In this document: positions 1-13,345 of the stretch, piece by piece
Layout: each line of letters begins with the position of its first letter
Position numbering within the stretch: position 1 is the stretch's first letter
From: Kudoa neothunni
Taxonomy: Eukaryota > Animalia > Cnidaria
Assembly (NCBI GenBank): GCA_964304625.1
Contig: OZ199838.1
Coordinates: 1,186,958 to 1,250,957, forward strand
DNA length: 64,000 nt
Reading direction: 5' to 3'
The notes under the pieces: model-generated
The model's database searches: none
What the model was told of the DNA's origin: nothing
The model's input: only the letters and a program-made list of their open reading frames with translations
Made by a program: the position numbers and the translations under genes

Positions 1-707
1 TCAATGCTGGCCCAAAGTAATGGATCCATGAGGCGGGTCCTACACCCGATTGCCGAATATGTGTATATTCACCTCTGGGTCTTTCTGAGTAACTTTTAAC
101 CAGGTTTGAGTTGTACCGTGTTATGATTAACCGCATTACTCACTTATGGCAATCGGAGTTGGTCCGCCTGATAATTGTGGTTCCCTTGAAATTGTTTATG
201 GTTTTTCAACGGATATCGTATAGTTGGTCACGATACCCAACAAATATGAATATTATTACTGTTATTAATGGGTTTATCTAAGTGCCTTGTTAATGGTACT
301 TACGAGATTCGTTACTTGAATTCTCGCCCAGATATCCTAACCATTAACTCCAAACTATTAATTTAGGATAGCTACTAGAAATTTATATTTGAATATTAAT
401 GTGTGCATCAATTTTTGTTGGGCTATGTGACAAATTGTCGAATTTTGAATGTTAGAATAAATTGACCTAAAATGTTGATATATCGAAATTTCCATCATTC
501 TCATTGTATACCAATTAATTTCTAATTTATTGTTTCAAATATTATAATCGTCGTAAGAATGAAACCGCTAAAATATTAGATATACATTAAGAAATTACTC
601 TATTAACTATAAAAAGTATCGAAGATCATTAAATTATTAAATAACTAATTAAACTTTATTTAAAATTAAGCACTTGCATCGTTAATTTTCCAAATGAGAA
701 AATTAAT

Positions 708-3700
708 GGCACGGTAACCAATATCTCCACAACTGCTTCTCAGTTTCCAACCATACTTCACATACTAATTAACTGATTTTTTTCCTACAAATATAAAACA
801 TACATTTATCGTCGTTAATACCTCATTAAACAGAATAAGAATTTTAAACTCGTAAATATTAAATTATTATCAAAGTATATGACTCCATTAAAATTAAACA
901 TAACTAATATTTCCATAATAAGCAACAAATGGTCCATTGCCATTACTCACTTGGTTGTGCAGGCAGGGCATGACCTCCCTCAGCGTTGCGAACCCAAATC
1001 GGACAAAGCAGATTTTTTGTAAAAACGGAACTAATATTTAATTATATGTATAAAAATTACGTTAATTTATAATTAATTCAGAAACTTCAAATTTATGACA
1101 TCATTTTGTCAATATGTTGAAAAAATTCCTCATTAGAACAAGACTGCCTAATGTAGAGCACAACATTCTATTTCTTTTAATTTTTTTCGATAATTCCAGG
1201 CGAGAAAATGCTATTTCTGGAGAAGCGTTAATCTGAGCTAGAGGAAGTAAAGATTTGCAGTATTTTTCGATAGAATTAAAATTTCTTTGCCGATAAACAA
1301 TGTCCAAAAAGGTGATTGTTAATAATTTTGTCAAACAAAGTTTGTTTTTGAGCCTATTCAATTTCTTTAATTTCAAACGATTCTATTACAGTCTATCGTT
1401 CGATTTATGAATTTCAAGTAACAACTATACCTAAATGTGGTTTTACTTGTATGTGCGATCATTCATTCATTCATTAAAATTAAGAAACATTAGTCAAGTA
1501 GATAATATTTAGCTAACTCTTAATTTGTTTAGGTAATACCTAAAATAAGGATTTTTTGACAATTGATAACAAACACTTGTAATGATAACTTAGCATTGGA
1601 TATCACTAACATCGGAGTCTTTTTTTTAATTCGAACACAAAAATCTCTTCGTAATAATTCCAAAATGGTTCATGGTCACGATAAAACTGTGTATTGCCGC
1701 TAATAATGGTGAAAAATCCAAAATGTTGGTTTTAACAGGAGCATAAAATTAAAAATGTGTTCATTTTGAAGAAATTTGAGCATGTTTTTCTAAGCTCAAT
1801 TTTTGTATTACGTGGGCTTTAAGAATTATTAAAATTCCTAATTATATCTTGTGTTTGGTGAAATTCTATTGCAGATATTTTAATTTTATATAAATCATTG
1901 TTCCAAGTATAAAATTTTCTACTCGAAGAATTCTCGTAATGAAGTCAGCAACGATTAAATTCCATTTTGTGTGAATTTGCAAAAACTCCGTATCTTTGAA
2001 ACTTTGTTTCGCGATTATTCAGTCTTTCGAAGAACACGAGTAAAAATCGGACAAGTTTGAAAACACTGACCTCCTTATTTCATACATTTGTTCGCGCCGT
2101 TTCTTACATTGGAATTTTTATCACAATGAGAAAAATAAAAATATGTAACTGCCACAAAAATATATTTAATGGAATAAAATGTTAAATTTTCATTATATTT
2201 TACTTAGAAGCATTCGATTGTTGTTTTCCTTTTTTGGCAAGCTTGTCGCTGTTAATCCTTGACCCCAAGGTCTTCCTACAGATTCTACCTTATTAGGAAG
2301 AATAAGACGTATTATATATTATTTTAATTTAAACATGTAATAAGATGCGATTAAAATTGTTGTATGTCGATACGTGCGTTAGATTGGAAATATTATGTGG
2401 ATTGGAATTACAGTCATCTTCCGATATTCCATTTATTGTTTCTTCATCGACTGACTGCTCAATTATTATTGCGTGGATCGTAATTTCTAATAATAATAAG
2501 CAGCGATAATCTGAACGATAATGCTACAACAAGAAGATTCTTAAACAATTATTACCTGCAGAATTTTCGCTTTTTTTGTTGCAGGAGTCTTCAACTTTAC
2601 TAACTTCTATGATAGAAACTTCTTTGTAGGAGTTTTAGATTATATTAACTTTATGATAAATAAAAATAATAATTATCAGCATAAGTACTTTTTCCAATTA
2701 TGTCGTCCAACTTACTTGAATCGTGTTCTCTCCTGACATTTTCATGGGATTTAAGAGCCTGAATGCATTTCTGATAATTTCTCCATAAAATTCAGATGAT
2801 GTTGATTGTTGATGCCAATTTAGTTGTTAAAATTACTTCATGTGTTTAATCTTTGCGAATAAAAATTGAGATTTAGATTTTTTAACATTTGAATGAAATA
2901 TTTAGTGAACTCTGATTAGGAATATTCGGAGAAGGGATATAAGATAAGATAAGAAATTATTGATATGTTCCCTTGTCCACCGAAAATGGCAGAACGAAGG
3001 TTCAAACAGCTCTAAAGATAAGTCATTCCTTATTTTTAGTACATGTCGACATGAAAGATGATAATTTCGGTAAAACCTGCATGAACAGTAGTTTATGGGC
3101 GTATCTCGTAATTTGTTTAAGTTTTCCGTGGTCTTTGCAGATAATAATTCTTCATCGACTATTTTAGCCGCAAACGATGTTAGGAAGTTTCGAGTATCTA
3201 TTTCCCGTCTCACATTTTGCAGACAGTTAGAGAATTATTAAGAAATTATCGAGTTGTGTTGCAACTTCATTCTATCCTCATTGAATGATGATCAAAAAAG
3301 CGTTTTATAAATTCGGGTAACTTGGAAAACTTTCCAATAACGGGGTTTAAGTTTCCCATTTATAGCCTCGAGGCGGTTATTCGTAGTATTAACATAGTAA
3401 TGTCTAGCTTTGTTTACTCCAATGACCCACTCATCCGATATTGTCTCCCAGTTTTTTTTTAAATAGTTTGTGGCTTCAGGAATTCCAAAACTACAAAGCT
3501 CATTGCATGGAGTATCGAAAACCATTCTATCATCTACGTAAAACATTTTTTCTATTAAATCTAAAATTTTCTCTGTTTCATCCTTACTAATGTTGCATTT
3601 GGATAATAATATCTCTCTTTGAAATATTTGCAAGACGTGAAATTTTCCCAACGATAAATTAACATTAATACAACATTTCTTCAGGCATTTGCGTAATTTT

Positions 3701-5309
3701 AGGTCCTCGTCTGTGATGGCCGTCGTAACATTGGATTTATTCCAAGGAGTGATTTGAGTTAATTCGTTCAAATACCATAGAATGGTTTCTTTGGTCTCAT
3801 CAAACAGAATTCCAACATTTGTTATGTGCGTAAAATCCAATGGGTCTTCCGCTGCCATCAAATACAAAGGAGCTCTGAAAGATTTTATGAAATTAACCAC
3901 AATGTTATGCTATATTGATTGCATTATAGTAATTCTACGTTGAGTCCAAAAGCTTATATGTCGCATCAATCATTAAAAGTTCTGAGAAGAATATTAGCAC
4001 TCTTTTCATTGCTTCGTCAACAAATAACACGCCGCAAATTTCAGTTTCTTTATTGGAAAGAACCCTTACATGACATTTGCGATCTATTGTAAGCATGTTA
4101 TAAACCAACAAAAAACAATCATCTTTTGTGGAAATTTTCGTGTTTAAATTATGCAATGCTTTCAAAGTAACAACCCCCACAGTTCCCTTGTTAAAGTGTG
4201 ACAGACTCAACTTCTTGTTGGCGCCAACAACAATTAAATTGGCTAAGATTGGGTCCGACCAATCAATTTTCCTATGAGGTGGTAAGTATTAAATGACAAT
4301 AGGATCACAGTTGTGGTTATGATTTTTTTTGATTGATTTTCTCTCAAGGAATTGACCAGTATCTCTCACTCTTAGAGATATATAGAAAGGACATCCAACT
4401 TTAAATGATGGTTTATTCCTTTTTTCCAGTTCCACGATTTTCATGTTATATCGCAAAAAATCAGACGTATTTTATTTCATAATAAACAATTAAAGGGGTA
4501 CGGTATCTATTAATTCGCTTTTGTGCATTTTCCAAAGATCTCGGATTGTATATTTTAGGATTACAACATTTATTCTGTTTATGCGCATAAATTGTTTCAC
4601 GTAGTGAATCAAATGTGGTGAACTTCTTACTTAACCCAAAGTAAATTTTTTCGTCATTGCATTGACTTGTCAGCTCCATAACTATGATTTTAAAATTTCG
4701 CAACTATGCATATTCATACGTCGTATAATTATCACTGTCTTAAAATAAAACTGAAAGCATTAAAATTACAACTAATATAGAAAGAATCCAAATATCTTAG
4801 TTCTAGGATCTTTATTCCAAGTAAATTCCTAAATTTTGTTTACTACATTCTTGTTGGCAGTTGATTATCAATGAATAATCATAAAATATCTGTAACATCA
4901 TATGTTACAAATATACAAAATTGAGGTTAAATATTCAAAATTCATATTTAACATAAAATTAAAAATAGGTTTGTATATTTTTGACGTAACCTCGTAAAAT
5001 TAATTAGTTGCGAGCCTTGGCGCGTAGCGTAGTTTTTGGGAGCACAACCCTGTGAATAATGGCGGTGGACCATTTGTTTCTTATTATGGAAATATTGGTT
5101 ATAACTATTTTTAATATAGTCATATGCTTTAATAATAATGTAAGATTAACGACGCTAAAATTCTTATTCTGTTTAATGAAATATTCACGACGATAAACGT
5201 ATGTTTTATATTTATATGAAAAATTTTGCAGGAAAAAAAATCAATCAATTAATTTGTGAAGTATGGTTGAAAATTGAGAAGCGGTTGTGGAGATATTGGT
5301 TACCGTGTC
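708..5309 (-). mobile_element. Mutator-like (MULE) DNA transposon, decayed, with ~250-bp terminal inverted repeats
   Basis: 708-960 (GGCACGGTAACCAATATCTCCACAACTGCTTCTCAG...GGTTGTGC) is a diverged reverse complement of 5042-5309 (GCACAACC...GAGAAGCGGTTGTGGAGATATTGGTTACCGTGTC). The repeats enclose minus-strand transposase fragments. No clear 9-bp TSD. Confidence 0.88.
2215..4720 (-). pseudogene. MULE/ZSWIM3-like transposase with SWIM zinc finger (fragmented by stops and frameshifts)
   Basis: ORF fragments carry MULE DDE motifs LMIDATYK, AITDED, FHVLQIFQRE and NTTNNRLEAINGKLK. SWIM finger CSCRFYRNYHLSCRH lies in ORF 2902-3213. A C-terminal GRP motif (VGRPWGQGLT) is read at ~2250-2300. Confidence 0.85.
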
Positions 5310-5996
5310 AATGGTCACTGCCAGAATGAATATAGATTGAAGAAACGTCAATCCTTTTTCTTTGCCTTCTTGTGTTTTTGTTCAATAATTTGCCTACGAA
5401 TGAGCATTAATAATATAAACTAAACACATTTCATTAAATAATACATGTTTGTATATTTATCAGTTTACAGATGTAATGTAAATAAAATTTTGGGCCAAGA
5501 CGAGATTTTCCCATAGATAATTTGCTTAATGGATTAATTTCATTTACGCCCATTATAATTAATTATAATTAGAAATAATGATTTCGAACTAAATTTTATA
5601 TGGTTCTTTACTAACTCATACGTATTACTTTTTAGAAAAAAATAAAAATATTGCAATTAATTTTCACAAATTATAAAAAAAATGAAATAAAATAAAAAAA
5701 TAATAATTAGAATAAAAGTGTGTAATTATCTCGATAGGTTAAAAGTAATAAAAATTAATTATTATTATTATTATAATCGTTTTTTTCGTTAACATACGTC
5801 TAAAATATTGAAGACAAGTAGTGGCGAATAATATCGATTGACTCCATATCTTGTAGGAAAAATGTATATACGATCACATAATACTGACTTGTGATGTACT
5901 CATGATAGAATATAAATTCTATTTTATATAGTAAAAAAATATTAACACCGAATAAAAACTATAAATTAAAACATTCACTTGTCAGTATTGTTTAAG

Positions 5997-8333
5997 ATGT
6001 TGAATTTTTTGGTTTATTCCGTTTTTCTTGGCTATATCCAGTATGTGTCCGGTAAAAAATCCATCAAATACCCAGTATAATATATTATTTTAACAATAAC
6101 AAATAATCGAAATTTATCAAGGATTTGTTGCTTACTCTCGACTACAACAAATACACCGTTACATATTTTAAATGTAGTTTCCACAATGAATATTACTTTG
6201 GTATGCAATGTCTTCAATTCAACCAACATGAGTGCTCCGGTATAAGATGAATGAACTTAAATTTTTAATATAATTACAAAGAATTTGATCCAAATACAAG
6301 ATTATCAAGAATTCAACTTGAATCCAAGTGTATAGAGGAATATGCCAAGAAGAAAAAATTAAAAGGAGCTATGATTATTATTCAAATTCCAACTAAATAT
6401 TTAAATCCAAAGTGATAGGCTATAAATGTGAAAATGTTAATTTTATGTTTATAAAGGTTGATAACAACATATGATGATTTTTTTGACAGGTTATCTGTGC
6501 GTAGTGTATTGATTAATAATAATCGTTATCCTATAATCTATAAAATCATGACATTATCAGATAAAGTATTTTACGATTATTTGGCATCCAATGTCCATTT
6601 AATGCCATTCAGATTGGTAATCTATTCATATACTTCCAACAAATCATTTTGTAATATTCGTTTCTTTTAGCCAGATGGATCAGCTACTTATAGATCAGTA
6701 ATTAGAAATTTTATTCACTTTATTTTATATTAAAACTCTTGTCATTCAATTATTTCACTAGAAAAATATAAAAAATTTTAATTATTTTAATATTTGTTAA
6801 CACTTATATGTTAGGAATATGTTGATCATGTTTATTTGAGCGTCGATGAAATGAAAATTACGTTTGGATATTTTACAAGAAGGGATCATAAAAATCCAGA
6901 CATAAAAATATATAGATCCTTAAATTTATCTCTGCCATTCTATTCAAAGACAATACCAGGTTTTGGATACAGACATATCTTACCCTATATATTTTACCAT
7001 TTATATAATGTAATATTTTTTACGAATATTATAACTATTGTTGTATAGACTGGCGAATATTTTGTTGATGATAATATAAATCATATCAAATTTCCTTGTT
7101 CGTCAATAGATACAATTATAACCACCTCTGAACTAGACTCCATAAATTGGCCATTCAAAGACAAAATATTTTTGGATACAATAAGCATCGATGGCACCGA
7201 TGATTATCCTCTTTGTGTTCAATTGATTAAGGATTCAATATTTACCTCAAATAGTTCTCATTTGTGGAATGATATGACAGACCTATTGCTCCAAACTCAA
7301 TTTCCAATAAAAATTGGAAGCTATAAATTAAATGTATAATTTTATATTAAACTTGATAATAAAATATTTCATTAATATATTTGTGCGTTATAGATACATA
7401 ATGTCAAAACAAGTTCTCTTAGTGATGAATACGAATCACTGGAAAATATCAAATTATTATCCCAATCTGCTGATAGTAGATATATTTACAAAAGCAATGG
7501 ATCGTTGAAATCCCCGGAAAATGCATATGAATACTTAAATGAAGTGGTTTTAAGAATTTATAACTACCTTCTTATTGAGGTTTTCGCAAACTCAGCGAAT
7601 CACCGTCGTAAAGAATACCTCTATTTAACTCGTGTATATAGGTTGTGTTTATTTACATTGAAATATTTTCTCTTATTATTACAGGACTTTAAGTATGATT
7701 CGAAATATGAATTTATGAATTATCAACAAATGTTGAAACAATTGAAATGTAATATTTTGGCTTTTTTCATAGATTTTACAATTTTTGTATTAAGCTAATA
7801 ATGCCTATGATGTGGAATTAACGGATATCGGAACAGGTGTAGACCAAGAATCGAATGAGGAAACCGAATCGTCCGATGAAAATTCTGAGTCAGAGGAATC
7901 TCCTCTACCTGGAGACAAATCCAGCGATAACCAACTCAGCGAAAAGAGTGAAACTGATTCCACACAGGTCGATGAGAAAACAAGTGATTCTTCGTCTTCG
8001 TCTTCACATGTCGATCAGGAAGAAAAAGATCCTACTGAAGCTGATGAGGAAACAAATGAGTCTCTGTTTTCACAAGTCGATCAGGAAGAAAAAGATCCTA
8101 CTGAAGTTGATGAGGAAAACTCGGATGAACAAGAAAGTGATAAAGGCTCAAACGAATCCGCTGAAGATTCTAATTCAATACAGGAAACCACAGTTGTTGC
8201 CCAAAAGTCGAAATCAAATTCCTCAATGTGGATTAAAATATTCGTTCCGGTTGCGATAATAGTAATTCTCCTATCAATTGGCATATGCATCTTCATTGCC
8301 AAAAGGAGATCTAACAGTAATAAAGATATTTGA
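5997..8333 (+). CDS. Orphan type-I single-pass membrane protein (~600 aa, 10 exons) with signal peptide, acidic Ser/Glu/Asp stalk, TM helix and short basic tail
   Basis: Manual splicing at GT-AG introns keeps one frame from ATG 5997 (MLNFLVYSVFLGYIQYVSG) through ORF pieces 6458, 6836 and 7505 to ORF 7812-8333. The latter ends WIKIFVPVAIIVILLSIGICIFIA-KRRSNSNKDI*. Confidence 0.8.
8003..8118 (+). repeat. Coding direct repeat, 66-bp period (VDQEEKDPTE[A/V]DEE x2)
   Basis: GTCGATCAGGAAGAAAAAGATCCTACTGAAG[C/T]TGATGAGGAAA starts at 8010 and again at 8076. Confidence 0.95.
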
Positions 8334-10259
8334 ACTAATAATTCATCATAAATTATTAACTATTTATTTATTTAACTTATTGTTGTTGTATTGAGTGTTA
8401 CGTGTTTTTTATGTTAGTGCGAAACCAAAACTAGACTTGGGAGTTATACTTTCATTCAAAATTTATCAATCTACTAGTTATTCAAACAGTAAAATAATAT
8501 AATAGGATAAAAATGAAGTTTATTATCCATTGATTGATAAGTGAAAATTAAAAAACAACGAAAAAAATATAAATAAAAGTGATTTTCACGGTTACTTATG
8601 GATTTTTTATAACCTAAGAGAGACCAAATGTATCACGCAAAACGCAAAATGACGGTACCTTCCTATACGGATGCGTGTGTGTATAATATAGCACAGATTA
8701 CATAACTGCGAAAAATATTTCCACAAAAGTTACATTAACAAGAAAAAAAAAACAATTTATTTTAACGATAAAAAAAACTTAAATAAAATGAAATAAATAC
8801 TACTGATAATAAATTCAATGTTAAAACATTTTCATTGTTTTTTTGAGAAATTGAGTTGATGCGAGGATCTTCATTAGATATATATATATAATCAGAATTT
8901 ATAAACGAACCAGATCTTTAACCTTCGGAAGACGGAACTCAAAAAAAATTACGCTTGTGCCGCGAGGAGTATCTAAGGTAATCCAAAAGTTTTTCAATTT
9001 AATTCGTTCACTTGGATAAAAAATTTGTTTTATGTGGTTATTACTTGATAAAACATAAAAATAACATCCCCAAATGTAAAAATATTCAACCAGTTAGGAA
9101 AAAAATACGGTAGATAATCGATTTTCCGTACTAAATTGATTCGTGCGCAGACCATTAAAATATTTTGAAATGATGTAATATAATAAAATTCACAATTATC
9201 AACTTTTAGAAAGATTTTTTATTTTTTTAACATAAATAAAAGAAAGTCTGGTGGTTATGCATTTAGATCGCTATCGTTTTTAGTAATGTGGTTTTGAATC
9301 GAAATACTTTTGTAGTTGGACTTTGAAAAATAAATTATTCGTTTATTGAGAGATAATGATTAACATGAGGAAATCAATTCGACATTATTGTTTCGATAGG
9401 TTTCAAATCAGAAATAGGCACGAGATCAAAATCGCCAAAGAATGTAAAAGATTCACCAGCCCAGCTATCAATCGGAAATTTTTAAAAAATGGAAAAATAA
9501 ACTTGAATTCATGTCTAAATTATTTGCACCGTTATCATTTATGTAACTAAGCAAAACAAATGATTTTGAAAATTAGGGTTGGAGTTGAAAAGTTACGTAA
9601 AATTGATAATCCTTATTTAGAAAAAAAAATCTTTAATGAATTACTTATTTTTGGTAATTTTTAATCGCATAAAATAAAATGTATTAATTTACACATATAA
9701 TTCCAACTCTGATAACTACACATAAGAGAAGAAAAAGTAAAAGTACGTATAATCGATTACCCACTGTACAAGCGATTCGTAGCAATCATTTTTAAGAAAA
9801 AAAGCGAGAATAAACAAGAAATTCCTCCAAAATATAGGTTGTGCTTGTATAAATCTATTAACTAATTATTGGAAAACTCAAGGTTGACTTTCAAATGAGT
9901 TACTAAATCCAAATCGTAGGAATAATTCCTTACCTTCAAATAACTATCTTTTCTGTTGTAATTTATATTTTATGATAAAAATTAAGGCTGATGTAAAAAG
10001 AAGAAATCAGATCGGAAAAAAATAAATATTAATCGACCTATAGTTTGAAAATTAATCTATTACCAAGGGCGCTCATGTCTTACAATAATTTCAGAATTAT
10101 CTAAAATCTTTTCGGATTCTTCCAGTAGAAAATAAAAACAATAATTCGTCTAATTTTTATTCCTTTTATTCAAGTAAAAACTAATTTCTAATTATTAATG
10201 TTTAATTAAAATTAAATAAATAAGAAATATAAGAGAATTAAAGGCCTCTTACACTAAAT

Positions 10260-11732
10260 TAGAGGTGCACAAACTGTGGTTTTGAGGGCCGAATCCTGCG
10301 TCAATGAGCTTTTTTGTGGCCCACAATGAACTCTAATCAACTTCATATTAATGGTGTATTTTTAAATGAAGTGAATAAAAGAATTCGGTTACTTAAATTC
10401 ACTTGGTTTATCTAGTTATTGAATATATCGATAACACCTAAAGAAGCTACTAAAAAAATTTATTGGAGTGTTTTTTTATATGCGAACCATTAGGAACGAA
10501 ACATCAAAAAACTCTCTAAATAGGAAAAAGGCTTTATTGCTATAAGCCAATTCACAATTTGATACAGAAAAAAAGGTTTTTTTTAATCTAGCTTCATGTA
10601 CCAATTTTAATTATTTCTTCCTTTTTTTTTACTTGCAATGTAAAACCCATGGCGCAACTTATTATTATTATTAGGTTGTGGAATTCTGGTAGGTCAGACC
10701 TCTTCCATTAATGTTTTAGTCACCGCAGGACGTAACATGAAACCCCGTCCCTTATCTTTATGTGATAATGTGGGACTTTAACACATCGAACTTATTAATC
10801 TCAGGGCGACCACTACCCCAAACCCTATCCCTTTAAGGACGTTGGCTCTGTGAGGGCTGCAAATTACTTGCCTTTCGATGGGTTCCGGAGATTCAAACTC
10901 CTATTCAGGTTCACCCCATTTCAGAGCGAGCGTACATTTTAACCATAGCTACCAAATATTGAATATAGACCTACCGGTGGATTCGAACCCATTACCTCGT
11001 GGTTCTGAGTCCGAATGTCACATCAATGTGCTATCTGTCCTCGGCTCAATTAATTCTTCTTGGGTGAGTATGGAGGAGAAGAAAATCATACAGGTACTGG
11101 ACGGATTTATGATTTAAAAGTTTGCTTGAAAATGATGATCCAAAGTTTAAGTTCAGTTAAACTAAGAATAATAATCAAAGTACGTTTTATAAACGATGTG
11201 AAATAATAAGGTATTTATATTGTACGTAAAATCAAAGTTTTCGGATAATTTCTATAAGAAAAATAAATAACACGTAAAATAAACTTCGATAAATAGGATA
11301 AACATCAGTTAGAGCTAATAACGAGCACATATTAAAGGACAATTTAGACTGAACTTCACATATGCTCACACAACCATTAAGCTTACCCAAAGTATATCTC
11401 ATATTTAATTCAACTTATTTTTATTTTATTTCCAGGTAAAAATTTCTGAGATTCAAAAAAGAATTTACGACGGGAATAGAAAATTTAATGACGCCCGGAC
11501 AGAAATTATTGTTTTATTCAACAGGGACAAATATCTTTTTGCTACGTCTATCGGTATTCAATTCAAAACATTTAGTAAATTTATTATTTATGAATTATTC
11601 TGAATATTGCGTTTCAAAATTTGTAAATTTAATCAAAATATGAGCTATAACTTTAGGTTTAAAGTTTCTGACCTCTGAAAGTTTTCAAAAGTTAAAATTT
11701 GGTCCGAGGCTCCGAAAGTTTGTGCACAATTG
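10260..11732. mobile_element. Non-autonomous hAT (Buster/Charlie-type) element with nested SINE
   Basis: TIRs TAGAGGTGCACAAACT / AGTTTGTGCACAATTG. 8-bp TSD CACTAAAT (10252-10259) vs CATTAAAT (11733-11740), 7/8 identical with central TA. Confidence 0.75.
10660..11045 (-). mobile_element. tRNA-derived SINE with (AAT)n tail
   Basis: Minus strand shows A-box-like TAGCACATTGATG and B-box GGTTCGAATCC (~10979-11033), a second A/B-like pair (TAGCTATGGTT ... GTTTGAATCT), a GC-richer body and a (TAA)4 tail at ~10661-10673. Confidence 0.65.
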
Positions 11733-13189
11733 CATTAAATACTATTGGTTCGTTTTTCAAAAAGGAGTTTACTATCTTATATATTTAAGGAAAATTTTTT
11801 TATTAGATTAGTTTAAAGTTTATTTGATATCAAAAGATTACATGGAAAATAATAGAGAGAATAGAAATTTCGAAAAATAATGTAATTGGAGTTCTTAAAA
11901 TACCCCCTACGTCCCGTAAGGATTAATACTTAAATAAAAAATATCGGATATAAATATTCGCGCATGCGGGGGATGTTAGATTTATAATTCTTCTATTTTA
12001 ATTATAGGTTTAAAAATTAAACTAGGAAACTAAATAATTGACATAATCTCGAATTTAAATTTTTTATTATATAATTTTTTAGCGAAAATTAATTTTAACC
12101 AGAAATATAAAAATTTAAAAAACGTCAACTAAAATTATCTAAAAAACTTTGTTTCGATGCTTATTAAACTTGAATTCGTACTTTCCTTGTAGTTTACATA
12201 AAAAATATACACATTAGGTAACCGATAACACGCCCTTTCATTAATATGACGTATTCAGAGTTTAAACTAGGTGAAACGTTTTATAATATTTTTGTGATTG
12301 TAAAAAGATAAAAGTCTTAAAAACATTTTTGAATTAAGCTTGGAATTTACCAATCCGCTATATCACATGACCAAGAGATAATACGGTTTTTTCGGCCAAC
12401 CCACGTAGCTTTATTTTTGTTTATTGGAAGCGAGAGTAAAATATAAATTTGAATGGTTGAATTTTTGTAGGAATTTTAAAATTAATGAAATAATAATAAT
12501 AATCTAAAAGCGCAATAATAATCGCCATTTGACATTGCAATATACGGTGTGTCCAAATTAAATAGTATGGTGAACTTTTTAAACTTTTATCATCAAAATA
12601 CCAAAACTTTTTTTCATATGGCGGTAAAAATAAATACGAAATAAAAAAATATTTATAATTTAATATAACTGACTATTTACTAGGTTTTATCCAAATGTTA
12701 AATTATATAAATATTTTATTAAAAAATATGGCTTAAACAAAATTTACAAAGAATTTTTCAGCCATATAATCTTAATAATGTATTTTTAGTTATTCTAATC
12801 TAAAAATAAGTTGTATTACTCATTCTAAAAATAAAGAAAACAAATAAAAATAACTTCGCGTACATTTTTAATTGCGTACTTATCGTTTGCAACGTTTAGT
12901 ATGCACATTTTTATGGTCCCCAGGGGATTACATACTATCGGAAACCTATTGCAATATACTTATTAAGAATGCAATCCATTTTGGCAAATTCTATAATTTG
13001 TTCAGCATTCCATTAAGAAAAAAATTGACTAAATCACAGTGTACATAATCTTCGTTCGGTTGTCGTGAGCATTCGCAAATGTTCGTATCGAGTATTTTTT
13101 GCAAAAAATATTCATATTCGAAGGTACAAAAACCATTTCAATGTTTGATTCTAGTTGCTCTATATTTTACCTTGAATATATTGTAAAAA

Positions 13190-13345
13190 TTTTACAAAAT
13201 GTAGGATTTCTACATTAATTTTTATAAATGTGGGTATGATGAGAATATGTACATGGCAGTTAAGAAGAATGTAAACGACGAGAATCTATTCAAGTGCATT
13301 GTTTGTAGGAAACGATTTTCCACTCAAGATAGGATAATGCAGTAG
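13190..13345 (+). pseudogene. Merlin/IS1595-type transposase N-terminal zinc-ribbon remnant
   Basis: Translates KCGYDENMYMAVKKNVNDENLFKCIVCRKRFSTQD, a pattern resembling IS1595-family Zn ribbons. Short and isolated. Confidence 0.4.

Noticed and set aside
7855-8302. Overlapping ORFs 7855-8259 (+) and 8081-8302 (-) as separate genes
   Set aside because: Alternate-frame and antisense shadows of the low-complexity stalk exon.
10970-11045. Functional tRNA gene
   Set aside because: A B-box is present, but no convincing acceptor or anticodon stems were found. It is embedded in a longer element with a simple-repeat tail, so it is treated as a SINE head.
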